A stretch of DNA of 64,000 nt from Capsulimonadaceae bacterium (GTDB lineage Bacteria > Armatimonadota > Armatimonadia > Armatimonadales > Capsulimonadaceae). Both the position numbers and the translations under genes were made by a program. Location of the stretch: assembly GCA_965215505.1 (NCBI GenBank), contig OZ244065.1:1504001-1568000 (forward strand). The letters run 5' to 3'. Under the pieces are notes generated by a model, which made no database searches, had not been told where the DNA came from, and saw nothing but the letters and a program-made list of their open reading frames with translations. Shown piece by piece: positions 53,338 to 61,521 of this stretch. Every line of letters begins with the position of its first letter. The stretch's first letter is position 1.

Positions 53338-53997
53338 CTAGCGCGCCGAGGCGCTCTGCGCGGCCGTGGCAGCCGTCGCCTTCGTGATGGCGTCGGCGAG
53401 GTCGGTCGTCGGGCCGCCGTAGCCGACGAAGCTGGTGACCACCTTGCCGTCCTTGCCGATGACGTACTGGGTCGGGATGCCGGAGACGTGGTACAGGTGG
53501 CCGGTCGCGTTCGGGTCGCCCCGCTTGGACGGGTCAATGGCGAACGTGATGGAGTCATATTCCGGATGCTGCGGCAGCCAGCCGTCGAACGCGGTCTGGG
53601 TGTCCGACACGCAGACGGCCAGCACGACCACCCCCTTGTCGGCGAACTGCTTGGCGACCTCGTTGGTGTGCGGCAGGGATCGCCGGCACGGCGGGCACCA
53701 GGTCGCCCAAAAGTCCAGGACGACGACCTTCCCCTTGTAATCCGAGAGCTTGACGGGGCCGCCTTTTTTGTCCTGGACCGTGAAGTCCGGCGCGGGCGTC
53801 CCCGTCGCCAGCAGGGCGGGCCGCGCGGCCGGTGCGGTCGGTGGGACCTTCAAGTGCTTGGCGTGGGCCGCCGCCTTGGTCGGAGCCGGCGCGGGGGCGG
53901 CCCCCACCGCCGAAGGCAGGAAGGCGAGGGCGGACAGGAGCAAAACGGGCGCGAGCGGTGCGGGGAACGACCGGCGGACCCTGGGACGCAGTAACAT
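53338..53997 (-). CDS. TlpA-family thiol-disulfide oxidoreductase, exported
   Basis: Signal peptide, APDF, DFWATWCPPC, GIP; GAGGAG RBS. Confidence 0.9.
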   Translation of the reverse strand: MLLRPRVRRSFPAPLAPVLLLSALAFLPSAVGAAPAPAPTKAAAHAKHLKVPPTAPAARPALLATGTPAPDFTVQDKKGGPVKLSDYKGKVVVLDFWATWCPPCRRSLPHTNEVAKQFADKGVVVLAVCVSDTQTAFDGWLPQHPEYDSITFAIDPSKRGDPNATGHLYHVSGIPTQYVIGKDGKVVTSFVGYGGPTTDLADAITKATAATAAQSASAR

Positions 53998-54123
53998 GGC
54001 AGTGTTTCTCCTCGGCGGGCGAATGAAGTCTTGGAGCGTAGTACTGGAGTCACTATAGCACACGCCCGTGAGGCTGTCAACGAAGTGGCGGGCCAGACTA
54101 GGGATAGCAGGTATAATAGGCGC

Positions 54124-55317
54124 ATGAACGACCAGTACGACGTGATCATCTGTGGGGCGGGGCCGGCGGGGGCCTGCGCGGGTTACGAGGCCGCCTCGGC
54201 GGGGCTGAAGGCGCTGATCTTAGAGAAGCGGACACTGCCACGCTACAAGACCTGCGGCGGGGGCGTCCCGCTGACGGTCGCGAACGACCTGCCCAAACTC
54301 GTCCCCGAGGCGTTCGTCGAGGCGACCGTCACCCACCTGCGGCACACCTGGGACTTCGAGGACGCCCACGTCGCGCCGCTGAACCCGGACCCGGACCAGC
54401 CGCCGATGAGCCTGTGGATGGTGCAGCGGAGCGTCTTCGACAACGCCCTCACCGAACGGGCCGCGCGGGCGGGCTGCGACGTGCGCGACGGCGTCTCGGT
54501 CAAGTCGGTCGAGCCGGAAGGCGAGACGCGCGTTCGCGTGATGACGGCGGGCGGCGAGGTCTACCACGCCGCCCATGTCGTCGGCGCGGACGGTGCGAAC
54601 GGCATCGTCGCGCGCATGGCCGGCCTCCGCCCTCAGCGGCTGCTGGCGATCGCCCTGGAGGCCGAGATCCCGCACGAGTGGGGCCGAGGCCACGAGACGC
54701 TGCGGCCCCACGTCGCTCACCTGGAATACGCGGTTAAGCAGGGCTACGCCTGGGTCTTCCCCAAGGCCGGACACCTCTCAGTCGGCGCGGGCACTTTCGG
54801 GCGGCGCTCGGCGGAAGGGAAAGGCGAGGCCAGTAAGGAGGAGCTGGCGCGCTGGATCGTCGGCTACCTGGAGGCACTGGGCGTGCCGACGCGGCGCGAG
54901 GAGATCGAGTTCCACGGCCACCCCCTGCCGATCTGGGGCGGGGCGGATCCCGTCACCGCCTGGGGCGGGCGCGTCCTGCTGGCGGGGGACGCCGCTGGGC
55001 TGGTCAACCCGCTCTTCGGCGACGGTATTTCCTATGCCTGCCGGTCGGGCGCTCTGGCGGGCCGGGCCGTCGCGGCGGGCGAGGCCGCCCGGTGGACCGA
55101 GGCGCTGCGGGCGGAACTCGGGGCGAGCCACGACGCCGCACTTTCCATCGCCAAATTCTTCTACCAGTTCCCGCGCGTCTGCTACACAATGGGCGTCAAG
55201 AGTCCCACCGGGACGCGCACGGCGGGCCGGCTGATCGGCGGCGACCTCCGCTTCGACAGCATCCTGGAGCGCCTGCCCTGGAAGCGGATGATGGCCGGGT
55301 CAAAGCTTGCCTGGTGA
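54124..55317 (+). CDS. geranylgeranyl reductase family FAD oxidoreductase
   Basis: GAGPAG, RYKTCGGG, GADG, GYAWVFPK, GDAAGLVNPLFGDGI. Confidence 0.9.
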   Translation: MNDQYDVIICGAGPAGACAGYEAASAGLKALILEKRTLPRYKTCGGGVPLTVANDLPKLVPEAFVEATVTHLRHTWDFEDAHVAPLNPDPDQPPMSLWMVQRSVFDNALTERAARAGCDVRDGVSVKSVEPEGETRVRVMTAGGEVYHAAHVVGADGANGIVARMAGLRPQRLLAIALEAEIPHEWGRGHETLRPHVAHLEYAVKQGYAWVFPKAGHLSVGAGTFGRRSAEGKGEASKEELARWIVGYLEALGVPTRREEIEFHGHPLPIWGGADPVTAWGGRVLLAGDAAGLVNPLFGDGISYACRSGALAGRAVAAGEAARWTEALRAELGASHDAALSIAKFFYQFPRVCYTMGVKSPTGTRTAGRLIGGDLRFDSILERLPWKRMMAGSKLAW

Positions 55318-55433
55318 GGCCGAAAAAATCTTCGGGCCTGAGAAGGAAACCGTTTGGCGAATGCGGAAATAGGACCCGGAACGACCGGCCGAGGCTCCCG
55401 CCCGGCGGCAGCCACCACAGAGAGGACAGGAAC

Positions 55434-55628
55434 ATGGCTTTCAGCGTCAAAAGCAAGAAGAACGGCACGGAGTACTATCTGCACGGGAGGGACGCCGCCA
55501 ACGGCAAAACCAAGCTCTATTTCTTTTCCAAAGAAGTGAAAGACGGGTCTATGGATGCGCTGCCCGAAGGCTACGAGGTGTCCGAGAACTCACTCACCGG
55601 CCTCCCCATCCTCAAGAAGAAGAAGTAA
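55434..55628 (+). CDS. 64-aa basic hypothetical protein
   Basis: MAFSVKSKKNGTEYYLH...LYFFSK...LPEGYEVSEN..TGLPILKKKK; purine-rich RBS; own intergenic space. Confidence 0.75.
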   Translation: MAFSVKSKKNGTEYYLHGRDAANGKTKLYFFSKEVKDGSMDALPEGYEVSENSLTGLPILKKKK

Positions 55629-55707
55629 TCATCCGTGTCCCATTGCTGGCGCAAGACATTCGCGCCAGCAACCCGTTCTCCTAAAACAGCAATAGAAAGC
55701 CGTCGTC

Positions 55708-56145
55708 ATGCTCGCCCCCGATGGCCGCCCCCCGACCTTCCGCTTGCCGGACGGGCGAGGGCAGACGGCGGCGCTCGCCGACTTCCTCGGTCGCCGCCGG
55801 ATCGTCCTGGCCTTCAACCCCGACGGCACAGCCGCCGACGCCCTCGCGGGGGAGACCGACGGCCTGAACGACCGTGACATGGTCGCACTCATCATCCTGC
55901 CGCCCGGTCACCCCCTTTCCTCCGCCTCATCCCCTCCGCCGATATGGACTCTGATTGATGAAGGCAGCCGTGTGGCCGCCGCCTACGGCGCACCCGCTGA
56001 GGGTTCGCTCTTCTGCCTCATCGGCAAAGACGGCACGATCAAGCAGAGCGGCCCGACGGTTCCGACACCGGCTGAACTGTTCGAGACGGTTGACGTCATG
56101 CCCATGCGGCGGCGGGAGATGCGGGAAAAAGGCGGGCACGGCTAA
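55708..56145 (+). CDS. DUF4174-like thioredoxin-fold protein
   Basis: LIGKDGTIK and LFETVDVMPMRRREM motifs; no CxxC. Confidence 0.7.
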   Translation: MLAPDGRPPTFRLPDGRGQTAALADFLGRRRIVLAFNPDGTAADALAGETDGLNDRDMVALIILPPGHPLSSASSPPPIWTLIDEGSRVAAAYGAPAEGSLFCLIGKDGTIKQSGPTVPTPAELFETVDVMPMRRREMREKGGHG

Positions 56146-57794
56146 CGCGGCGGCTTGCTCAAAATCTGGCTCACCGGGCGGTAGACCAGGGCCGGGTCAA
56201 TCGTGGCAGGCGGGTCGCTCGGGTCCTGGATGACCCAGACCAGGTAGTACTGATCCAGGACGGACGGCGGCATCTGCGGGGGGTGCGAGAAGGCGATAAT
56301 GGCGGTCGGGCGGCGGCGCTTCAGGATCTGATAGAGCGGGTCACCGGGGAACATCCAGCGCTCGTCGTCCACGCCCCAGGTCCCCTTGTAAGACGCCGGG
56401 AGGCGGGCGATCTCGGGGTCGGTCAGCCCGCGCACGTCGATAAACTTTTTGTCCAGGTTCTTATACCCGGCGTAGCCCATCTCGGAGTAGGCGATGACGC
56501 CGCCTGCGGGCAGCACATCATGGATGTAGTGGTTCGCGGCGATCCACTTGCGCCCCAAAGCATTGTCGGCGGGCAGCAAGTCGGCGCTCGCCGTCGAGAA
56601 TCGGGCGTTCGCCCAGGGGTCGTGTGGGGATACGGCCGCGCAGACGACCCAGAGGGCGAACACGAAGACCGGCGCGGCGGCCGTTCTTATCAGTCCAGAC
56701 CCGCGCAGCCGGCGCAGGCCCAGCACCTGCAAGACGGCCAGCAGCGGCACGACCGTCACGACGAACCGCCAGCCCGGCATCCAGTCGCCCCCGAAGTGCA
56801 GCACGAACGCGATCTGCGCCAGAACGGCGGCGGGCAGCACGAGCCGCCACCATCCCCCACCCCGGCGCGCGCAGCCGGCCAGGGCCAGCCCCCAAAAAAC
56901 CACCGTACCCGCCGCCTGCCACTGCGTGGACCAGAGCGGTACGGGGAAGGTGAGGTAATTCCAGGCGACCCAGACCGGCGACAGCGGGTGCAGCAGGTAC
57001 AATGGCCCCCACAGCCAGGCGTACTGCGACGTCACCTGCTTGGCATAATAGGTGTTCGGCACGACCTGCCCGTAATAGGCGAAGCGCGCCAGGAGCAGGC
57101 CCACCGCCGGCAGCAGGAGCGCCGAGGCCCAGCCCATCAGGTCCCACCAAGGCAGTCGCTTCCGTGCTGTCAAGAACAGCCGCACCAGGAGCAAAGCGGC
57201 GAACAGCCCCGCCGCGTCGGGCCGCGCCAGGAGTGCCAGGAAGAGCAGGCCCGCCGAGCGGACGCCGCCGCGTCCTTCCACCTCACGCCCGAAGGCCAGG
57301 ACGGAACCCAGCACGAGGCACACGGCCAGTGTCGTCTCCATGCCGTTGACGGCGGCCAGGGCGAAGTTGTTGCTGACGGCGACGAGCGCCTGTGCCAGCA
57401 CGCCCTCGCCGCCCGACAGGCCCACGGCGCGGGCCAGCCGCCCCGTCTGCCACAGGGCCAATGCGGCCAGAGCCAGGCCCAGCAGCTTCGCTTTGAAGAG
57501 GATGTCTATGGAGGGGGCGAGCTTCAGGAGCAGCGCCATGAGCAGCAGGTGGAGCGGGCTGGAAAAACCTTCCACCCGCTCGCCGACGTTGAAGACCGGC
57601 CCATGACCGGCGAGGAGGTTGGCGGCGTAGCGGTAGGTGATGAACGGGTCATCCGTCGTGACACAGAAGACCGAGTTGGCCCCCACAAAGAGGGCGAGGT
57701 ACGGAACGGCAAAGGCCGCCCCTCGGAGGGCGGCCTTCGGCGTCAGCCGCGCCGGGACAACGGTGGGGATGTCCAGGCTAGGCGACATACTCAT
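56142..57794 (-). CDS. GT-C type membrane glycosyltransferase (AftB-like)
   Basis: DDPFITYRYA, GERVEGFSSPL, GMET, RPD, PNTYYAK, GGDWM, IDVRGL; many TM helices. Confidence 0.8.
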   Translation of the reverse strand: MSMSPSLDIPTVVPARLTPKAALRGAAFAVPYLALFVGANSVFCVTTDDPFITYRYAANLLAGHGPVFNVGERVEGFSSPLHLLLMALLLKLAPSIDILFKAKLLGLALAALALWQTGRLARAVGLSGGEGVLAQALVAVSNNFALAAVNGMETTLAVCLVLGSVLAFGREVEGRGGVRSAGLLFLALLARPDAAGLFAALLLVRLFLTARKRLPWWDLMGWASALLLPAVGLLLARFAYYGQVVPNTYYAKQVTSQYAWLWGPLYLLHPLSPVWVAWNYLTFPVPLWSTQWQAAGTVVFWGLALAGCARRGGGWWRLVLPAAVLAQIAFVLHFGGDWMPGWRFVVTVVPLLAVLQVLGLRRLRGSGLIRTAAAPVFVFALWVVCAAVSPHDPWANARFSTASADLLPADNALGRKWIAANHYIHDVLPAGGVIAYSEMGYAGYKNLDKKFIDVRGLTDPEIARLPASYKGTWGVDDERWMFPGDPLYQILKRRRPTAIIAFSHPPQMPPSVLDQYYLVWVIQDPSDPPATIDPALVYRPVSQILSKPPR

Positions 57795-58899
57795 ACCGGG
57801 TATTGCGGCGGCGGGCGGTGTAACCGGCGTCCGTGATCAGCCGCTCGATCTCCTCGATGGGCACGGTGAAGACGCAGCCCGCCGTGGAAACGACGTTCTC
57901 CTCCATCATCGTGCTGCCGAAGTCATTGACCCCGTAGCGCAGCGAGAGCTGCCCGATGCGCGGCCCCTGCGTCACCCACGAGGCCTGGATGTTCGGGAAG
58001 TTGTCCAGGAAGATGCGCGAGATCGCAATGGTCCGCATGTAGTCGAAGGCCGAGGCGCGCGTCCCGCCAAGCTCCGTCCCGTCCGGCTGGTAGTTCCACG
58101 CGATGAAGGCGGTAAAGGCCGCGGGCGCACCCGCCAGCGACTCGTCCTGCAAGTCGCGCAGCTTCTGCAAATGCTCCACGCGGTCTTCCAGGGTATCCAC
58201 CGAGCCGTACATCATGGTCGCCGACGACCGCAGGCCGACCTTGTGGGCGACTCGCATGCAGTCCAGCCACTCCTCCGCTGAGTCCTTATAGGGGGCGATC
58301 CACTGCCGCACCCGGTCCGTCAGCACTTCCGCCCCGCCGCCGGGGACAGAGTGCAGGCCGGCGGCCTTGAGCCGCGTCAGGGTCTCCTCCATCGTCAGCT
58401 TGTTCAGCTTCTTGATGTAGATGATCTCGGCCGGCGAAAGGGCGTGCAGGATGACGTTCGGGAACCGCTCCATGATCGCCCGGAACAGGTCTTCGTACCA
58501 ATCTATCTTGAGCTTGGGGTTCAGACCGCCCTGCATCAGTATCTCGATGCCGCCGACGTCCACCATCTCCTGTATCTTCTGGAAAATGGTTTCGCGCGGC
58601 AGGATGTAGCCGCCCTCCGCGCCGGGGATGCGGTAAAAGTTGCAGAAGCTGCACCGGACGTAGCAGACGTTGGTGTAGTTGATGTTGCGCCCGACGATAT
58701 AGGAGACGCTGTTCTCCGGGTGCTTCTGCGTCCGCACGAAGTCGGCGAGCTGCCCTAGCTCCACGATGTTCGGGTGGTGGAACAGCCGCAGGGCGTCCGC
58801 ACCCGTGATCCTTTCGCCGGCATAGACCTTGTCGGCGATGTCGTCAATGCCGCTCACTAAGGGGGCAGCAAGTTCCAGTTCTCGTTCCAAAAGTGCCAT
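57778..58899 (-). CDS. mqnC: cyclic dehypoxanthinyl futalosine synthase
   Basis: RNINYTNVCYVRCSFC, LMQGG, PGGGAE, IQASWVTQG, DFGSTMMEENVV. Confidence 0.9.
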   Translation of the reverse strand: MALLERELELAAPLVSGIDDIADKVYAGERITGADALRLFHHPNIVELGQLADFVRTQKHPENSVSYIVGRNINYTNVCYVRCSFCNFYRIPGAEGGYILPRETIFQKIQEMVDVGGIEILMQGGLNPKLKIDWYEDLFRAIMERFPNVILHALSPAEIIYIKKLNKLTMEETLTRLKAAGLHSVPGGGAEVLTDRVRQWIAPYKDSAEEWLDCMRVAHKVGLRSSATMMYGSVDTLEDRVEHLQKLRDLQDESLAGAPAAFTAFIAWNYQPDGTELGGTRASAFDYMRTIAISRIFLDNFPNIQASWVTQGPRIGQLSLRYGVNDFGSTMMEENVVSTAGCVFTVPIEEIERLITDAGYTARRRNTRYEYVA

Positions 58900-58918
58900 C
58901 AGGAGTCACCTTTCCAGA

Positions 58919-60115
58919 CTACGCCATCGCCAGGGGAATCGCCGCCGCCTTGCGGGCCACGTCATCGTGCCGCACCGGGTCGTTCAGCTCGTCCTCGGCG
59001 TCAGGCCGAATGACCTCGTTGTAGAAGCTGTCGCGCTCGACCGGCGTCCGCCCGGCCTCCACGATGAGGTTGACCAGTTGGGGCCGCGTCAGGACTTGCT
59101 GCTTGTTGCCCTGCTCGCCGTCCTTGTAGGTGATCTCGTACTCGTGGATCGTGCCGTCGAGGTCGTCCGCGCCGTACCACTGGGCGAGCTGCGAGACCTG
59201 GGGCGTGTTCATGATCCAGAACGTCTTGACGTGCTGGAAGTTGTCCAGCATCAGCCGCGAGATCGCGATGTTCCGCAGGTCGCCGTCGCCGGTCGGGTGC
59301 GGCAGGTCCGCGAGCTGCGTCCCCTCCGGATGGAACGAGAGCGGGGTGAACGTGACGAAGTGCCCCGTCTCATCCTGCAAGGCGCGCATCTTGACCAGAT
59401 GCTCGACGCGCTCGGGGATCGTCTCGATGTGGCCGTAGAGCATCGTCGCGTACTGCGGCAGGCCCGCCGCCGCCGCCGCCTTGGAGATGTCAATCCACTG
59501 GTCCCCGGACAGCTTGCGCCCGAACAGCTCCATATGGACCCGCTCGGAAAGAATCTCGATGCCGCCGCCCGGCAACGAGTCCAGCCCGGCCTCTTGGAGA
59601 TCGGCGAAGACTTCGGGCAGCGGCTTGTTCGCCTGCCGCTGGATCTCGGCGATCTCGACGCAGGTGAACGCCTTGATGTGGACGTCGGGCCGGATGGCCT
59701 TGACACCCCGCAGCAGGTCCAGATAATACTGATACGGCAGCTTGGGGTTGATCCCCGCCACCATATGCACTTCCTTGATGGGGATGTCCAGGTGTGCCCG
59801 CAGGCGGTTCTGGACGTCCAGGATGCTCATGGTGTACGGGTCCGGCCCGCCCTTCTGCGCGTAGAAGGCGCAGAACTTGCAGCCCTTGTTGCAGACATTG
59901 GTGTAGTTGATGTGCTGGTTGCGGACGTAGTACGTCTTGTCCCCGTTCATCCGCTCCCGCACGATGTTCGCCAGCGCCCCGACCGCGTTCAGGTCCGGGT
60001 TCTCGTACAAGGCCAGCCCGTCGGCGGCGTCGAGACGCTGCCCGTCCATGACCTTGTCATAGATCCGGGTCAGCCCCGCCGTCCCGACCAGCTTCTCCGT
60101 CATTCGTCTGCTCAT
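58919..60115 (-). CDS. mqnE: aminofutalosine synthase
   Basis: HINYTNVCNKGCKFCAF, HIKAFT, TMLYGHIE, HVKTFWIM, GADDLDGT; adjacent to mqnC. Confidence 0.9.
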   Translation of the reverse strand: MSRRMTEKLVGTAGLTRIYDKVMDGQRLDAADGLALYENPDLNAVGALANIVRERMNGDKTYYVRNQHINYTNVCNKGCKFCAFYAQKGGPDPYTMSILDVQNRLRAHLDIPIKEVHMVAGINPKLPYQYYLDLLRGVKAIRPDVHIKAFTCVEIAEIQRQANKPLPEVFADLQEAGLDSLPGGGIEILSERVHMELFGRKLSGDQWIDISKAAAAAGLPQYATMLYGHIETIPERVEHLVKMRALQDETGHFVTFTPLSFHPEGTQLADLPHPTGDGDLRNIAISRLMLDNFQHVKTFWIMNTPQVSQLAQWYGADDLDGTIHEYEITYKDGEQGNKQQVLTRPQLVNLIVEAGRTPVERDSFYNEVIRPDAEDELNDPVRHDDVARKAAAIPLAMA

Positions 60116-60322
60116 GCGGCTTCTTCCATTCTAGGACAATGCTCGCCCAAAGGGCGACATTGTGAATAAAGGCACAAAGTATTTTACCACATTATAACAC
60201 CGATACGATCCGAAATGTTCGCCCGCACATATACCTTATTTCGGTGGCTGCATCATAGGTGACAGACGGAGTATTCGGGGCCGCTCTGTATGGAGGGCAA
60301 ATGCGTCCAACAACTCCTACGG

Positions 60323-60823
60323 CTATAAGCCGTAGGAGTTGTTGGACCCGGTACTAGTGATAGCAGTGCCTCGGGCGGTCTGCTTAGTCCAAGTCACATG
60401 GTTTCCCGTACCAGTCATTTGGATGCTGGACGTACTGCCGATGATGCGAAGGCGGTCATCGCTCCCACTGACCACGACCTTATCGCTTTCGCCATTCAAT
60501 GTGGTAATGTTTTGGCTTCCACAAAGCTCGATGCTGGTACAAGTGCCCCTCAAAGAGAGCCTGTTCTCACTTCCGCTAAGTTGAACTGTGCTGTGCTTGC
60601 AAAGGTAAGTCCACCGTTGGCCACTACCAACGAGGTTCAACGCGCGCCCTGCGGAACCCCCTCCATGCGCTCCAGTGTGTCTGACGATGTTGCGTTTCTG
60701 TCCGTTACCGGCATGAACAAAGCTACCAAAAGCAACAAGACCAGACAGCATGGCTGTGACAAGGAATCTGGTATGACGCAATATTCGAGGATGCGTAAGA
60801 TTTTGCAGGGCTGAAGGCTTCAA
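60323..60823 (-). CDS. DUF3060-like beta-solenoid secreted protein
   Basis: Repeating GSxN/GTGN strands (LSGSEN, LCGSQN, VSGSDD, MTGTGN, STGSNN); lower GC. Confidence 0.6.
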   Translation of the reverse strand: MKPSALQNLTHPRILRHTRFLVTAMLSGLVAFGSFVHAGNGQKRNIVRHTGAHGGGSAGRALNLVGSGQRWTYLCKHSTVQLSGSENRLSLRGTCTSIELCGSQNITTLNGESDKVVVSGSDDRLRIIGSTSSIQMTGTGNHVTWTKQTARGTAITSTGSNNSYGL

Positions 60824-60846
60824 TCTGCGTATCTATCCATACTGGC

Positions 60847-61219
60847 TCAAGTTATCGGCTCGATTGTAACCTCACCGCCATCAATCACCCGGATACGCAG
60901 GACGCTCCCGTAGAGCAAGGACATCCCGACCAACGCGCCGCCTTCGGTGGCGTGAACGTAGATTAAGCGCCACTGATCGTGCCACAAGACCTCGGCTCGG
61001 TAGACCGCGACCTGTACCTCGCTCCCGTCTCCGAGTACGACCTGTGCCGTGTGGACCTGTTTCAAACCCAGACGGGCGATTACCTGCGATGAGAGTGTTA
61101 AACACTCCGTGAACCCGGTGTCCAGGACCGCTGCGAAATCTTCTTGCTGTTCCTCAGCGCCGCGAATCCTCGATAGGAATGACTGCTTCGCGGTCTGCGG
61201 TGACTTTGCCTGTGATTAA
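60847..61219 (-). pseudogene. clan AA (retropepsin-like) aspartic protease, frameshifted
   Basis: (L)ITGKVTADREAVIPIE, one extra G near 61168, then IRG...AVLDTGF...LVGMSLL; start position reads TTA. Confidence 0.8.
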
Positions 61220-61231
61220 AATACCGGCCCC

Positions 61232-61504
61232 TCATCTCCGTGCGGGCGTGTAACGGCCGCCGATACGGCCCACCGAGCGGTAGCCGACACGGAGGGCGTA
61301 TAGCACGGCGTCGGGGCTTTTTGCCAGAAGCCGCTCCGTCGGTTGGATGTAGTCCTGCCCCATCTCGTAGTCACCCGTATTCACGTCAACGACGAGGAAC
61401 TCACCGATATGAGCCGGCTCTACCTGTTGCTTCAGATGGCGCTCGTACCAATCTTCACCTCGCGCGGCGACTTCGCGTGAACCCAATTCTGTCTCGGATG
61501 TCAT
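61232..61504 (-). CDS. small hypothetical protein of the type found upstream of clan AA proteases
   Basis: RGEDWYE...HIGEFLVVDVNTGDYE...RVGY; GGGGAG RBS. Confidence 0.7.
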   Translation of the reverse strand: MTSETELGSREVAARGEDWYERHLKQQVEPAHIGEFLVVDVNTGDYEMGQDYIQPTERLLAKSPDAVLYALRVGYRSVGRIGGRYTPARR

Positions 61505-61521
61505 GTCTTTGCTCCCCTGTA

